A stretch of DNA of 64,000 nucleotides from Verrucomicrobiia bacterium (GCA_963664225.1 OY760937.1:2464001-2528000); one strand, 5' to 3'; counted from the stretch's first letter, positions 38,137-50,014 are shown. Notes: generated from the letters alone by a model not told the origin. A program made the numbers and translations.

Positions 38137-40113
38137 TTACGCCGCTTCCTTGGTTTCCAGGAAACCCTGGAGGTGGCGGATGCGTGTGGGATGACGCATC
38201 TTGCGCAGCGCCTTGGCCTCAATCTGGCGAATGCGTTCGCGGGTGACCTTGTATTGCTTGCCCACTTCCTCGAGTGTCCGGGCATAGCCATCCACCAGGC
38301 CGAAGCGCAGTTCGAGCACCTTGCGCTCGCGATCGCTCAGGCTCGTCAGCACTTCATTGAGCTTCTCCTTCAGAAGGCTGTAGCTGGTCATGTCCATCGG
38401 GTTTTCCGCGGACTTGTCCTCGATGAAATCTCCGAAATTGGTGTCATCGCTGTCGCCCACCGGTGATTGCAGCGAAATCGGCTGCTGGGCCATTTTCAGA
38501 ATGGCGCGGACCCGCTCGATGGGCATCTGCATTTCATCCGCCAATTCCTCGGGAGTGGCTTCCCGTCCGTATTCCTGGAGCAACTGCTTTTCCGTGCGGC
38601 GCAGTTTGTTCAGGATTTCGATCATGTGCACCGGAATGCGGATGGTGCGCGCCTGATCGGCCACGGAGCGCGTGATGGCCTGGCGAATCCACCAGGTGGC
38701 ATAAGTCGAGAACTTATACCCGCGGCGATATTCGAATTTCTCGACGCCCTTCATCAAGCCCATGTTGCCTTCCTGAATCAAATCCAGGAACGCCAGACCA
38801 CGGTTGGTGTATTTTTTGGCGATGGAAATGACCAGTCGCAGGTTGGCCTCCGCCATTTCGGTTTTCGCCTGGTGGGCCTTTTCCGCGAACAAATGCAATT
38901 GCTTGTAGGAGGCCAGATAATCGGCCGAAGGCATGCGCACAAAGTCCTCGAGCGCCTTGATCTTGCGCTTTTCCGAATCGACGATGGTATGGGCCGCGGG
39001 CGATTTACGCTGCTGTTCCATGTCGTGAATCGCGCGCAGGCTCGCCTGAATCTTGTCGTGGATGTTTTCCGAGACCAGAATCATTTCCTCGATGACCTTC
39101 TGCTTGTAAAAGAACTTCGGGAACAGGGTCTGGAGCTTGTGATCGAGCTTCTTGAACTCGGCCATCAACTTTTCTTTGCGCGTGGAATTGGGCGCGGTGT
39201 GGATTTCATTGTATTTCTTGTCCACATCCTGGTCCAGAGCGCGCACCTTCTTGACCAACAGGCGCAATTCCTTCAAGTGCTGGTCGCGGCTGTCGATCTT
39301 TTTATCCGTAATGACACGGTCAAAGCGTTCCTTGGGCGGCTCGGACAGGAGTTTCTCGGCCAGGGCGATGTGCTCCTTGCCGGCGAAACCCATCCCGTAA
39401 ATGATGCGCCTCACATTGTTTTCGGCGTCCTCGATGCGTTTACAAATCTCAACTTCCTGTTCCCGGGTCAGCAAAGGCACCTTGCCCATCTGCCGCAAAT
39501 ACATGCGCACGGGATCGTCCAGAACATCCAGACGGCTTTTATCCTCGTCCTCTTCCTCCGGTTCAGGCTGTTTGACCCGGTCCACCTCGGCCTGATCCAC
39601 AATCTCGATATCCAGGTTGGCCAGCTTGGAATAAACTTCATCCAACTCCTCGGACGTCACCACGTTATCGGGCAGGACGTCGTTGATGTCGTCATAGGTC
39701 AGGTAACCCTGCTCCTGAGCCAGGCGAACCAGTTCCTTGACCTTTTCCGTCAGATCGATGCCCGCGGCATTCTTATTTCCGCCAACAGGGGAGGGGGTGG
39801 CCAGAAAGGCCTCGACGGAAGCGGCGGATTTCTCCGGCAGCTTGCGGTGCTCGAGTTGGGCCGGATGGGTCGCGGCCCCGGGCTGTCCTGCATGGGCAAC
39901 CGGAGAGGACGCATGCGGCGGATGGGCGCTGGAATGGCTGTGAGGCCGGGAATCCACTTCCGGTTTGACGGCCGCCTTGGCAAGCGCCTTGGCGGACAGA
40001 TCGTTCTTACCTATGGTAAATCGATGCGTCCTGCCTTCCTGTGGTGCGGGAAGTTTGGGCGCGGATTTCTTAACATCCGGTTTGGTCTCTGCTTTGGCGG
40101 CTTTCGCTTTCAC
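38137..40113 (-). CDS. rpoD: RNA polymerase primary sigma factor
   Basis: Region 1.1 [49 protein letters not shown]...[13 protein letters not shown]. Confidence 0.97.
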   Translation of the reverse strand: MKAKAAKAETKPDVKKSAPKLPAPQEGRTHRFTIGKNDLSAKALAKAAVKPEVDSRPHSHSSAHPPHASSPVAHAGQPGAATHPAQLEHRKLPEKSAASVEAFLATPSPVGGNKNAAGIDLTEKVKELVRLAQEQGYLTYDDINDVLPDNVVTSEELDEVYSKLANLDIEIVDQAEVDRVKQPEPEEEDEDKSRLDVLDDPVRMYLRQMGKVPLLTREQEVEICKRIEDAENNVRRIIYGMGFAGKEHIALAEKLLSEPPKERFDRVITDKKIDSRDQHLKELRLLVKKVRALDQDVDKKYNEIHTAPNSTRKEKLMAEFKKLDHKLQTLFPKFFYKQKVIEEMILVSENIHDKIQASLRAIHDMEQQRKSPAAHTIVDSEKRKIKALEDFVRMPSADYLASYKQLHLFAEKAHQAKTEMAEANLRLVISIAKKYTNRGLAFLDLIQEGNMGLMKGVEKFEYRRGYKFSTYATWWIRQAITRSVADQARTIRIPVHMIEILNKLRRTEKQLLQEYGREATPEELADEMQMPIERVRAILKMAQQPISLQSPVGDSDDTNFGDFIEDKSAENPMDMTSYSLLKEKLNEVLTSLSDRERKVLELRFGLVDGYARTLEEVGKQYKVTRERIRQIEAKALRKMRHPTRIRHLQGFLETKEAA

Positions 40114-40285
40114 TATTTTAATAGGGTAACGCTCTACACTACCTCAATACAATTAGCCCTTCATACTCTCAATGCTTGGGAGCAAAGTCAAGTAATCATC
40201 GAACCCGATCCAACAAAATATCGCCAGGTTTGAATTTAGACGCACAAAGAGGAACCCCATTCAATCAAAGCCTCTCACCGACCCT

Positions 40286-40717
40286 CTATTTCGCAAGAGG
40301 CAATGACGCTTTCTGCCAGGCTTTGATTCCACCGTCCAAATGGTAAACATTGGTAATCCCGATTTGCGTCAGAATGACCCGGGCTTTCGAACTCCGGTTC
40401 CCGGAGGCGCAATAGATCAAATAGGTTTTTCGCGTGTCCAGGCGCGCGGCATCCTTCTGGAAATTCTGGTCGTAGTAATTGATGTTCAATGCTTTTTGGA
40501 TATGGCCAGCCGCATATTCCTCGGGAGTTCGCACGTCGAGAAGGGTGATTTCGGGCTTTTCCTTGATCAGCCGGGCCGCCTCGTCGGCATCCAGGTTGCG
40601 CTTTTCAGCGGTCCGGGCCGCCCGTGCGGGAACCGGCGTCACAGCAAGAGTGTCCGCCGCCCTGCCCATGGGCAAAAACGAGGCGCAGGCACACAAAAAT
40701 ATCCAGAGCCGTTTCAT
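40286..40717 (-). CDS. secreted rhodanese-like protein
   Basis: LLDVRTPEEYAAGHI, YCASGNRS, LDGGIKAW; signal peptide. Confidence 0.88.
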   Translation of the reverse strand: MKRLWIFLCACASFLPMGRAADTLAVTPVPARAARTAEKRNLDADEAARLIKEKPEITLLDVRTPEEYAAGHIQKALNINYYDQNFQKDAARLDTRKTYLIYCASGNRSSKARVILTQIGITNVYHLDGGIKAWQKASLPLAK

Positions 40718-40895
40718 TGAAAATGGTCACCCACCATACCCGTGAATTGGCTTTTCGCAAGCAGCCTGGAGGGGAAATGTCGAACTTTGGCACAATTAGC
40801 GCGTAACAAACCCCCGCGAAATTTATACTGGCATCCGGCGCACTCATGTAGGATGTTAGGCCCTTGGTTAAGGGTCAAGGCATCATATCGTGTTC

Positions 40896-42242
40896 ATGAA
40901 CACTCCAGCACCGGACAGCGAAGCTGAAAAAGCGCATTGGATACGCCGGCAAATGCCCTCCGAAGGGTTGTTTGCCGGCCTGGACTGGCGCGTGGCGGTC
41001 GAACCCTTCCGCTTGGACGCGGAACGGGCCGCGCAGATCGACCAATTGGGCCGCGTGCTCCTTCAATTCTACAAGGCCGTCAACCTGCTTTACCGCCAGA
41101 GCGTCGATGGCCGCCAGCCCGCCTGGGTGGCCCGCTGGCTTGATCAAGGCAAACCCCAATCCCTCATCGCATTACAACGCGATGCCGCCTTTAAAAACGA
41201 ATTGCCCCGCGTCATAAGGCCCGACCTGCTTCTCGAAGAAAACGGCCTGGCCATTTCCGAATTGGACAGCGTGCCCGGAGGCATCGGACTCACAGCGTGG
41301 CTCAACAAAACCTATTCGGCGCTTCCTGGCCTGGAACCAGGCGCCGCCCCCGCAGTCCTGGGCGGCGCGGCGGGAATGCACGAGGGTTTCGCCTCCATTT
41401 TCGGCAATGCCGCCCACGTTCATATAGTGGTCTCGGAAGAGGCGGCCACCTACCGGCCAGAAATGGAATGGCTTTGCCGCGAATTGGGCGAAAACCGCTT
41501 TCAAGTGCGGGACAGCCACTTCATGGATTTCCAGCCCGGAGACGCGGTCTATCGCTTTTTTGAGTTGTTCGATCTACCCAACATTCCCAACGCGCAACGC
41601 ATTTTGCAGCTCGCCTTGGAAAAGCAAATCCAGCTCACACCTCCACCCAAACCGTTGTTCGAGGAAAAGATGCTCTTTGCCCTCCTTTGGAACCGCAATC
41701 TGGACGATTTCTGGCATCGCGAGCTGGGCGCCGGATTTTTTGAGCGCATGCGCGCCCATGTTCCCCGCACCTGGCTGCTCGATCCCGCGCCGCTGCCACC
41801 CCACGGAGCCATTCCCGAATTGAACCTCACGGATTGGCGTCAGCTCAAGCATATGTCCCAACGCGAACGGGATTTGATCCTCAAAATCTCCGGATTCTCC
41901 GAGCGGGCTTGGGGCGCGCGCGGAGTGTGGCTGGGGAGCGACCTTTCCCTGGCGGACTGGAGCCAGGCGGTGGATGAGGCCCTGGCCGGATTCGAACATT
42001 CCCCCTGCGTGCTCCAGCGGTACCGCAAGCCCGCCCGGGTGAATATCTCCTGGCACGATTTCCAGAGCGGCAAAACCACCCCCATGGAGGGTCGGGCGCG
42101 GCTCTGCCCCTACTACTTTGTTTCAGGACAGGGGGATGCCGCGCGGGCGCGCCTGGGCGGAGTCATGGCCACCGTGTGCCCCGCCGATAAAAAGATCATT
42201 CACGGAATGACCGATGCCGTGATCGCCCCTTGCGCCTTATGA
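40896..42242 (+). CDS. hypothetical protein with probable ATP-grasp (glutathionylspermidine-synthase-like) ligase fold
   Basis: IRPD, ISELDSVPGG, EEK, VPRTW, LILK...WGARGV, VLQRY pattern; ATGA overlap with marC. Confidence 0.6.
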   Translation: MNTPAPDSEAEKAHWIRRQMPSEGLFAGLDWRVAVEPFRLDAERAAQIDQLGRVLLQFYKAVNLLYRQSVDGRQPAWVARWLDQGKPQSLIALQRDAAFKNELPRVIRPDLLLEENGLAISELDSVPGGIGLTAWLNKTYSALPGLEPGAAPAVLGGAAGMHEGFASIFGNAAHVHIVVSEEAATYRPEMEWLCRELGENRFQVRDSHFMDFQPGDAVYRFFELFDLPNIPNAQRILQLALEKQIQLTPPPKPLFEEKMLFALLWNRNLDDFWHRELGAGFFERMRAHVPRTWLLDPAPLPPHGAIPELNLTDWRQLKHMSQRERDLILKISGFSERAWGARGVWLGSDLSLADWSQAVDEALAGFEHSPCVLQRYRKPARVNISWHDFQSGKTTPMEGRARLCPYYFVSGQGDAARARLGGVMATVCPADKKIIHGMTDAVIAPCAL

Positions 42243-42877
42243 GCCTGTTCGAATACACATTGCTGGCAGGCAGTTCCCTCTTCGTCATTCTGGACCCCGT
42301 GGCCACGGTGCCCGCCTTCCTGGCCATGACTCCCCACGACAGCGCGGAGGAACGCATTCGCACCGCGCGCCTGGCCTCCATTGTCACGGCGGGGGTCCTT
42401 CTGTTTTTTGCCATCACGGGCCATGTGCTCTTCAAGTTGGTCGGCATCACCCTGGAGGCCTTCCAACTGGCCGGCAGCATCGTTCTTTTGATCGTCGCGC
42501 TGGACATGCTCAAGGCCCGGCGTTCGCCCGTCCAGCAAACCGCCGAGGAAACCAGCGTCGGCATGGCCAAGGAGGACATTGCCATCACCCCGCTGGCCAT
42601 GCCCATGCTGGCCGGTCCCGGGGCGATCACCACCTCCATCCTCCTGAATAACCAGGCCCCCTCATGGTCCTACCGCCTTTCGTTATACGCATGCATCCTG
42701 GTGGTTTCGATGTTATGCTTTCTCATGCTTCGATGGGCTGCATTGGGCGCGCGATGGATGAATCCCATCGCCATGAAGATCACCACGCGCATCATGGGCC
42801 TCCTGCTGGCGGCTCTGGCGATCCAATTCATGATCAACGCCCTGGTGGCACTGGCGCCAAAATTCAAACTGGGTTAA
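42239..42877 (+). CDS. MarC family membrane protein
   Basis: LFVILDP, GITLEAFQLAG, IAITPLAMPMLAGPGAI, TRIMGLLL. Confidence 0.92.
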   Translation: MSLFEYTLLAGSSLFVILDPVATVPAFLAMTPHDSAEERIRTARLASIVTAGVLLFFAITGHVLFKLVGITLEAFQLAGSIVLLIVALDMLKARRSPVQQTAEETSVGMAKEDIAITPLAMPMLAGPGAITTSILLNNQAPSWSYRLSLYACILVVSMLCFLMLRWAALGARWMNPIAMKITTRIMGLLLAALAIQFMINALVALAPKFKLG

Positions 42878-42884
42878 AAGGGAC

Positions 42885-44873
42885 ATGAAGAAAAAACCTG
42901 ATAAAAAGAAGACTTTGCCCAAACTGGATCCCCAATGGCGCCTGCCGATCGGCTACTTTGCCCTCGCCTTTCTCCTGCTCTTCATCTGGCAGCAGGCGTT
43001 CTCCCAATACACCGTCCGCACCATCCCCTATAGCGAATTCAAGGAGAGTCTGGCCCGCGGCGAGGTCGTGGAATGCGCGGTCAAGGACGAGGATATCACC
43101 GGCAAGATCATCCTCAAAACTCCGACCGGCGCCGCCACCAATCTGGCTGAAATCGCCAGGTCGCCGTCCAGCGCCCAAACCAATTCACTCACCGCGACCA
43201 ATACGCCCAGGGATTTCCTCTTTCGCACCGTCCGTCTCGAGGATCCCAAACTGGTCGAGGAACTCCAGAAAGCCGGCGTCAAATTCCTGGCCGTTCGCCC
43301 CAACCTTTTTTCCCAGATCCTCCTGGCCTGGATATTGCCCATCGGCATCATGGTCCTGCTCTGGACCTTCATCTCCCGCAAGTTGGGTTCCGCCGGCCAA
43401 TCGGTGCTTTCGTTTGGCAAAAGCCGCGCCAAGCTCGTCGCGGACAAGGAAACCGGCGTGGCCTTTGGCGATGTGGCCGGCTGCGACGAGGCCAAATACG
43501 AATTGCAGGAAGTGGTCGATTTTCTCAAAAACCCGGATCGTTACAAAGCCCTGGGCGCAAAGATCCCCAAAGGCGTCCTGCTGGTCGGACCTCCGGGAAC
43601 CGGCAAAACGCTCCTGGCCCGCGCCGTGGCGGGTGAGGCGCACGTCCCGTTTTTTTCGCTGAGCGGCAGCGATTTCGTGGAAATGTTTGTCGGCGTGGGC
43701 GCGGCCCGCGTGCGCGACCTCTTTCAACAAGCCAAGAGCCAGGCCCCGTGCATTATTTTTATCGATGAACTCGACGCCATCGGCCGCCAGCGCGGTGTGC
43801 ATGTCGGTTCCGTCAACGACGAGCGCGAGCAGACCCTCAACCAATTGCTGGTGGAGATGGACGGCTTCGAGGCCAATGCCGGCGTCATCCTCCTGGCCGC
43901 AACCAATCGTCCGGATGTCCTGGACCGCGCCCTCCTGCGCCCCGGTCGCTTCGACCGCCAGGTGGTCGTCGATGCCCCCGACCTCGACGGCCGGGAGGCG
44001 ATCCTCAAGGTCCACAGCCGCGGAAAACCCCTCGCTTCTGATGTGGTCCTGCGCCGCATCGCCCAATCCACACCCGGCTTTTCCGGCGCCGACCTCGCCA
44101 ATGCCATGAACGAATCGGCCCTGCTGGCCGCCCGTCGCCGCGTCAAGGAAATCCACCAGATCGATATCGAGGACGCCGTGGAAAAAGTCGTGGCGGGTCC
44201 CGAAAGAAAGAGCCGGCGCCTCAATGAAGATGATAAGAAACGCGTCGCCTATCACGAAGTCGGTCACGCCCTGGTGGCCGCCTATAGCGAACACGCGGAC
44301 CCCGTTCATAAAATCAGCGTCGTTCCCCGCGGTCGCGCCGCCCTGGGCTACACCCTCCAATTGCCCACGGAAGACCAGTTCCTCATCACCCGTTCCGGGT
44401 TGATCGAACGCATTCGCGGGATGCTCGGCGGGCGCTCTGCGGAACAGGAAGTTTACAGCGAAGTCACCACCGGCGCCCAAAACGATCTCGAACGCGCCAC
44501 CGCCATGGCCCGCCAGATGGTCTGCATGTATGGCATGAGCGATAAAGTGGGCCTGACCCACTGCGCGCAACCCCAGGGAATGATGTTCCCCGGCGGAGAC
44601 GGTTCGTTGCAGCGGGATTGCAGCGAGGATACCGCCCGCGTGATCGACGGAGAGGTGAAACGAATCCTCGATGAGGCCTATGCCGAAGCGCGGCAGATCG
44701 TGGCCACGCACCGCGACCAATTGGAGTTGGTCACCACGGAATTGCTCAAGCGCGAAACTCTGGACGGAGCCGCCTTCTATAATTTGCTCGGCATGCCCGT
44801 CCCCCGCTCGACCCTGCTTAGCAGCCCGCCCGCACTGCGCCCTTCCGAGCCGTCGGACGAACGCAAGAACTGA
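42885..44873 (+). CDS. ftsH: ATP-dependent zinc metalloprotease FtsH
   Basis: Two TM helices, [36 protein letters not shown]. Confidence 0.96.
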   Translation: MKKKPDKKKTLPKLDPQWRLPIGYFALAFLLLFIWQQAFSQYTVRTIPYSEFKESLARGEVVECAVKDEDITGKIILKTPTGAATNLAEIARSPSSAQTNSLTATNTPRDFLFRTVRLEDPKLVEELQKAGVKFLAVRPNLFSQILLAWILPIGIMVLLWTFISRKLGSAGQSVLSFGKSRAKLVADKETGVAFGDVAGCDEAKYELQEVVDFLKNPDRYKALGAKIPKGVLLVGPPGTGKTLLARAVAGEAHVPFFSLSGSDFVEMFVGVGAARVRDLFQQAKSQAPCIIFIDELDAIGRQRGVHVGSVNDEREQTLNQLLVEMDGFEANAGVILLAATNRPDVLDRALLRPGRFDRQVVVDAPDLDGREAILKVHSRGKPLASDVVLRRIAQSTPGFSGADLANAMNESALLAARRRVKEIHQIDIEDAVEKVVAGPERKSRRLNEDDKKRVAYHEVGHALVAAYSEHADPVHKISVVPRGRAALGYTLQLPTEDQFLITRSGLIERIRGMLGGRSAEQEVYSEVTTGAQNDLERATAMARQMVCMYGMSDKVGLTHCAQPQGMMFPGGDGSLQRDCSEDTARVIDGEVKRILDEAYAEARQIVATHRDQLELVTTELLKRETLDGAAFYNLLGMPVPRSTLLSSPPALRPSEPSDERKN

Positions 44874-45168
44874 CCTTGCGCGTTGCCATCCTGCGCTCCA
44901 ACTCGTGGCGCTGCCTCGAGGTCGCCTTGCGGAAGCCGCCCACAATGGCCGCCATCGCCATCACCTGCGGGTAGGGTTCCAGATCGTGGTCTCGACGCTT
45001 GGCGGCGCGATAGCTCTCCAGAACCGTTTCGGGAATCATGGTCTGCAGCCGTTCAAGACCCCAGGCCACAACCTTCTTTTCGTGGGGGGACAAGTGCCCC
45101 GCCCGCGCCGCAAGAGACATTCTCTCCAATTCTTGCAGGCGCATTAGTAATGTCATCATATCATGCAT
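44818..45168 (-). CDS. small hypothetical protein resembling the N-terminus of the adjacent zinc-ribbon protein
   Basis: LLMRLQELER...LQTMIPETVLESYR; starts 12 bp after the upstream stop; 3' end overlaps the ftsH end by 56 bp. Confidence 0.45.
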   Translation of the reverse strand: MHDMMTLLMRLQELERMSLAARAGHLSPHEKKVVAWGLERLQTMIPETVLESYRAAKRRDHDLEPYPQVMAMAAIVGGFRKATSRQRHELERRMATRKVSSCVRPTARKGAVRAGC

Positions 45169-45180
45169 GGGAAATCGGGT

Positions 45181-45537
45181 TTACTTCAAGGCAATGTAAC
45201 GCGGCGCGTTGGATGCGCAAAAAAGAAAACGCCCGCAATGATCGCATTGGGCGAGCGCCTTGGAATATCGCACCGCGGACGCCACCTTTGCCGGCAGCAC
45301 CTGATGGCACCCCAGGCACACCCCATCCGCCAGTTGCGCCACCGCATCCGGGGCCTCCGCAATCAATGCGTCGAAATGTGCGATCACTGGGCCGGGCAGC
45401 TTGCGGCGCAACCGGTCGATCCGCTCGTCCAGCCGCTCGTAAGCCTCGGGTTCCGCTCCCGGTTGGAGCAGCTCCCCTGCCTTGCGCAATAGCATCATCT
45501 CCTGCAATTGCATTAATATTTCAAGTTGGCGGTTCAT
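45181..45537 (-). CDS. short C4-type zinc-ribbon protein (DUF164-like)
   Basis: LEILMQLQE...AVAQLADGVCLGCHQVLP...QCDHCGRFLF. Confidence 0.8.
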   Translation of the reverse strand: MNRQLEILMQLQEMMLLRKAGELLQPGAEPEAYERLDERIDRLRRKLPGPVIAHFDALIAEAPDAVAQLADGVCLGCHQVLPAKVASAVRYSKALAQCDHCGRFLFCASNAPRYIALK

Positions 45538-45564
45538 CGCCTCAATCTCGCTGCATTCCTTGTT

Positions 45565-45580
45565 AGCATGGCCAATGCCA
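45565..45580 (-). promoter_or_regulatory. candidate sigma-54 promoter for the zinc-ribbon gene
   Basis: Minus strand TGGCATTGGCCATGCT has GG-N10-GC spacing, about 28 bp upstream of ATG 45537. Confidence 0.4.
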
Positions 45581-45855
45581 TCCCTCCCCGCCTGCTCGGA
45601 GCCCGCCTGGCACATCTTAATCCCCCGCAATGAATTGCATCAATTTACACACCAATAGTAATTGAAAAACCCATTTCAAAATATCATAAGTGTCAATGTT
45701 TGTCACTTCTTAACCTTCACTCCGTGCAAGTTTTGCACAAATTTCATCGCCTTCGTGCAACTAAAAACAAAATGGGAAACGTTGTGGGAAGTCCCGCTGT
45801 CTGCCTTTTCTTGTCCTCTTGACCGTGCCCATACCCTGCCCATAAACTCACTCCC

Positions 45856-47079
45856 ATGAAATCCTGTCGTCTCCGGCCCCGCCTCCACACTCTCAGCTTT
45901 GCCATTTTGGCAGGCATTGCTATCACCTGCGCCGTTAGCGCCCAAAGTGTCTCCTCAAGTCTTCAACCCTATGTGGACCGCCACATCCTCGCGGGTGCGG
46001 TCACGCTCGTGGCCTCGCCGGACAAAGTCCTCAGCCTCGAGGCGGTGGGATTCGCCGACATCCCGGCCAACAAACCCATGAGGACCGACGCCCTGTTCTG
46101 GATTGCCTCCCAGTCCAAGCCGATGACCGCCTCCGCGCTGATGATGCTCGTGGATGAAGGCAAAGTAACTCTCGACGACGCGGTGGAAAAGTATCTGCCG
46201 GAGTTCAAGGGTCAAATGCTCGCCGTCGAGAAGGACCAGGAACACGTCTTATTGAAAAAGTCGGCCCGCCCCATCACCGTCCGGGACATCCTTTCCCATA
46301 CCAGCGGCCTGCCCTTCATGTCACGGGCCGAGCACAAGATCGACACCTACCCACTGCAAGTCGGCGTCATGAGCTACGCCTTGACCCCCTTGAATAACCA
46401 GCCGGGCGCGCACTACGATTACAGCAATGCGGGCATCAACACCGCCGGACGCATCATCGAAGTCGTCAGCGGCATGCCCTATGAGAAGTTCATGGAACTA
46501 CGCTTGTTCAAACCCCTGGGAATGAAAGACACCACTTTCTGGCCCACGGAATCCCAGATCAAACGCCTGGCCAGATCCTATAAACCCAATGCCGCCAAAG
46601 ATGGCCTGGAAGAAACCTTGATCGACCAACTCACCTATCCCCTGACCAATCGTCAGCGTGGTGTCTGCCCCGCCGGTGGCTATTTCTCCACAGCCTCCGA
46701 TCTCTCCCTGTTCTGCCGGATGATCCTCAACGGCGGAACGCTTGACGGCAAAAAATATCTCTCCCCCGCCTCTGTGCGTGAGATGACCAGCACCCAGACC
46801 GGCAGGCTCATGGACAAGGACAATGGCGAAGGTGGCTACGGTCTCGGCTGGAGCACAACGCGCAAAACCCCGCTGAATCCCGATGTCGCAGTCCCCGGTG
46901 GCTGCGGTCATGGCGGCGCTTACGCCACCCATTTCTGGATCGATCCCGCGCACCGTTTGATCACGATTTTCATGGTCCAGCACGCGGGCTATCCCGGCGC
47001 CGATGGCGGAAAGATCCAACCCGCCTTTGCCAAAGCCGCCATCGAGAAATTCGTACCGACTGCCGGAACCCGCAAATAG
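45856..47079 (+). CDS. serine hydrolase, beta-lactamase-related family
   Basis: SQSK (SxxK), LSHTSGL, YSN, HGG; signal peptide. Confidence 0.9.
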   Translation: MKSCRLRPRLHTLSFAILAGIAITCAVSAQSVSSSLQPYVDRHILAGAVTLVASPDKVLSLEAVGFADIPANKPMRTDALFWIASQSKPMTASALMMLVDEGKVTLDDAVEKYLPEFKGQMLAVEKDQEHVLLKKSARPITVRDILSHTSGLPFMSRAEHKIDTYPLQVGVMSYALTPLNNQPGAHYDYSNAGINTAGRIIEVVSGMPYEKFMELRLFKPLGMKDTTFWPTESQIKRLARSYKPNAAKDGLEETLIDQLTYPLTNRQRGVCPAGGYFSTASDLSLFCRMILNGGTLDGKKYLSPASVREMTSTQTGRLMDKDNGEGGYGLGWSTTRKTPLNPDVAVPGGCGHGGAYATHFWIDPAHRLITIFMVQHAGYPGADGGKIQPAFAKAAIEKFVPTAGTRK

Positions 47080-47349
47080 CCATTGGCGAGGCATTTTCCC
47101 CACCGCGTTGGTCGCCTCCGCTACATCGCAATACCGCCTGCACCAACGCTGCCGCATCCGCGACATATTGGCGCGATCCACCGAGTCGTGGTATGGATAT
47201 ACGGGTCATAATGGCGCTGCCACGGAGGTTGTGGATTTACACATCGTCCGTGGCGGGAGGCAGTTACACACTTTTTCAAAGACTGGCATTGTTCTTGTTG
47301 TTATTACTCCAATGGCCAGGACCCGTGGTTCGGCAAAATTTCCAAATAT

Positions 47350-49968
47350 ATGGACCTGAATAAATTTACGGAGAAGGCGCAGGAGGCATTGCAGGAGGCG
47401 CAGAATATCGCGACGCGTCATCAGCATCAGGCGGTGGATGTGGAGCATCTGGCGCTGGCCCTGCTCGAGCAGCAGGATGGGTTGATCCCCAGGCTCTTGG
47501 AAATCTGCCAGGCCCCGCCCGATCTGGCCAAGGCCAAGCTGGAGGAGGAGTTGGGCCGCATCCCGCAGGTCCGGGGGGATTCCTCCGCCGCGCCCGGTCT
47601 CAATATCACCCAGCGCCTCAACAAAACCCTCGTCAACGCCCAGGACCAGGCCAGGCGCCTCAAGGACGAATATGTGAGCGTCGAACACCTCGCTTTGGCG
47701 ATGTTCAGCGAACCGGGCAGCAGCGGCATCGGACGCGTATTTGCCGCCCTGAATTTGCATAAGGACGCTTTTCTCAAGGCTCTGACCCAGGTCCGCGGCA
47801 ATCAGCGTGTGACCAGCGCCAATCCCGAGGCCACCTATGAGGCCCTCGAGAAATACGGCCGCGATCTCACCCGCATGGCCCGCCAGAACAAGCTCGATCC
47901 CGTGATCGGTCGCGACTCGGAAATCCGTCGCGCCATTCAGGTGCTCTCCCGTCGCACCAAAAACAATCCCGTTCTCATCGGCGAACCCGGCGTCGGCAAG
48001 ACCGCCATTGTCGAAGGTCTGGCCCGGCGCATCGTGGCCGGGGACGTCCCCGAGAGTTTGAAGGAGAAACGCATTGTCGCGCTGGACATGGGCGCGCTCA
48101 TCGCGGGAGCCAAATACCGCGGGGAATTCGAGGAGCGCCTCAAGGCCGTGCTGCAGGAGGTCACCAAGGCCCAGGGCCAGATCGTGCTCTTCATCGACGA
48201 GATTCACACCGTCGTGGGCGCGGGCAAGGCCGAAGGTTCCATGGACGCCGGCAACATGCTCAAGCCGATGCTCGCGCGCGGGGAATTGCACTGCATCGGG
48301 GCCACCACGCTGAAGGAATACCGCACCTCGATTGAAAAGGATGCTGCACTCGAACGCCGCTTCCAGCCCGTGCTGGTCAGTGAACCGTCCGTCGAGGACA
48401 CCATATCCATCCTGCGCGGATTGCGTGAACGCTACGAATTGCATCACGGCGTCCGCATCCAGGACGCCGCACTGGTGGCCGCCGCGCAATTATCCCAGCG
48501 CTATATTTCCGACCGGTTTCTGCCCGACAAGGCCATCGATCTCATCGATGAGGCCGCCGCGAAACTGCGCACGGAAATCGAAAGCATGCCTGAGGAATTG
48601 GAGGCCCTCGAGCGCCGCCTGCTCCAGCTCGAGATCGAACGCGAAGCCCTGCGCAAGGAAACCGATGACGCCACCAAGGCGCGCCTGCGCGATCTGGAAA
48701 AAGAACTCGCCAACATCAAGGCCGAGCGCGACTCGCTCAAGGCCCGGTGGGACAGCGAGAAAAAGATCCACGGCGAAGTCCAAAAACTGCGCGAGGTCAT
48801 TGAGATGGTCCGGCACGACATCGAGACCGCCCAGCGCAAGAACGATCTCAGCCGCGTGGCGGAGTTGAAATACGGAAAGCTGCCGCAGCTCGAAAAACAA
48901 TTCAAGGAAGCCCAGGAGCGCGCCGACAAGGACAGCGGCACTTCCGGACGCCTGTTGCAGGAGGAGGTCACTGCGGACGAGGTTGCCGCCATTGTCTCAC
49001 GCTGGACCGGTGTTCCCGTGACACGCCTGCTCGAAGGCGAGAAGGACAAACTCCTGCGCCTGGACCAGTTGCTCCACCAGCGCGTGATTGGACAGGACGA
49101 GGCCGTTCAAGCCGTTTCCGACGCCGTCATTCGCGCCCGCTCCGGCCTCAAGGATCCCAAGCGCCCCATCGGCTCCTTCATTTTCCTTGGCCCCACCGGC
49201 GTGGGCAAAACCGAACTCGCCCGCGCCCTGGCCGAGAGCCTCTTCGACAGCGAGAACAACATGGTCCGCATCGACATGAGCGAATACATGGAGAAACACG
49301 CCGTGTCGCGGCTCATCGGCGCGCCTCCCGGTTACGTCGGCTACGAGGAGGGCGGTCAACTCACCGAGGCCATCCGGCGCAAGCCCTATGCCGTGCTGCT
49401 GTTCGACGAAATCGAAAAGGCGCATCACGATGTGTTCAATGTGCTGCTGCAAATCCTCGACGATGGCCGCCTCACCGACAGCCAGGGCCGCACCGTCGAT
49501 TTCAAGAACACCATCATCATCATGACCTCGAACATCGGCAGCCCCTACCTGATCGAGGATGCCAGCCAGACCAAGGGCGAGATTTCCGAGGACACCCGTC
49601 GCAAGGTCATGACGGAATTGCGCGCGCAGTTCAGGCCGGAGTTTTTGAACCGCGTGGACGAAATTGTTCTCTTCAAGCCGCTCACGCTGGCCGAGATCAA
49701 GAGCATCGTGGAACTGCTGCTGGGCCTCCTGCGCCTGCGCCTGACCGAACGCAACATCACACTGGAAATGACCGATGCCGCGCGCGACCACATTGCCCGC
49801 GAAGGTTACGACCCCGTCTATGGGGCGCGCCCGCTCAAGCGATATCTGCAGCGCGAAGTCGAAACCGCCCTCGCCCGCCAGTTGCTCTCCGGCGCCATCG
49901 CCGACCACAGCAACGTCACCGTGGACTTCAAAAAAGGCGCTTTGGTGTTCGAAACCAAAAAAGCCTGA
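47350..49968 (+). CDS. clpB: ATP-dependent chaperone ClpB
   Basis: Clp N domain, GEPGVGKT, long M-domain, [27 protein letters not shown]. Confidence 0.97.
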   Translation: MDLNKFTEKAQEALQEAQNIATRHQHQAVDVEHLALALLEQQDGLIPRLLEICQAPPDLAKAKLEEELGRIPQVRGDSSAAPGLNITQRLNKTLVNAQDQARRLKDEYVSVEHLALAMFSEPGSSGIGRVFAALNLHKDAFLKALTQVRGNQRVTSANPEATYEALEKYGRDLTRMARQNKLDPVIGRDSEIRRAIQVLSRRTKNNPVLIGEPGVGKTAIVEGLARRIVAGDVPESLKEKRIVALDMGALIAGAKYRGEFEERLKAVLQEVTKAQGQIVLFIDEIHTVVGAGKAEGSMDAGNMLKPMLARGELHCIGATTLKEYRTSIEKDAALERRFQPVLVSEPSVEDTISILRGLRERYELHHGVRIQDAALVAAAQLSQRYISDRFLPDKAIDLIDEAAAKLRTEIESMPEELEALERRLLQLEIEREALRKETDDATKARLRDLEKELANIKAERDSLKARWDSEKKIHGEVQKLREVIEMVRHDIETAQRKNDLSRVAELKYGKLPQLEKQFKEAQERADKDSGTSGRLLQEEVTADEVAAIVSRWTGVPVTRLLEGEKDKLLRLDQLLHQRVIGQDEAVQAVSDAVIRARSGLKDPKRPIGSFIFLGPTGVGKTELARALAESLFDSENNMVRIDMSEYMEKHAVSRLIGAPPGYVGYEEGGQLTEAIRRKPYAVLLFDEIEKAHHDVFNVLLQILDDGRLTDSQGRTVDFKNTIIIMTSNIGSPYLIEDASQTKGEISEDTRRKVMTELRAQFRPEFLNRVDEIVLFKPLTLAEIKSIVELLLGLLRLRLTERNITLEMTDAARDHIAREGYDPVYGARPLKRYLQREVETALARQLLSGAIADHSNVTVDFKKGALVFETKKA

Positions 49969-50014
49969 CACGTCCTCAGGACGAAATTCATCTCGTTCAA
50001 ACGATGCGCTTCAA

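Noticed and set aside
38467..40233. 588-aa ORF opposite rpoD (likewise 43185-44945 opposite ftsH and 47206-49971 opposite clpB)
   Set aside because: Antisense frames kept open by the codon bias of highly conserved genes.
45290..45330. CLGCH as a cytochrome c heme site
   Set aside because: It is the first CxxC of a cytoplasmic C4 zinc ribbon; there is no signal peptide.
45856..47079. antibiotic-resistance beta-lactamase
   Set aside because: The HGG motif and overall pattern fit the broad esterase/serine-hydrolase family; resistance cannot be inferred.
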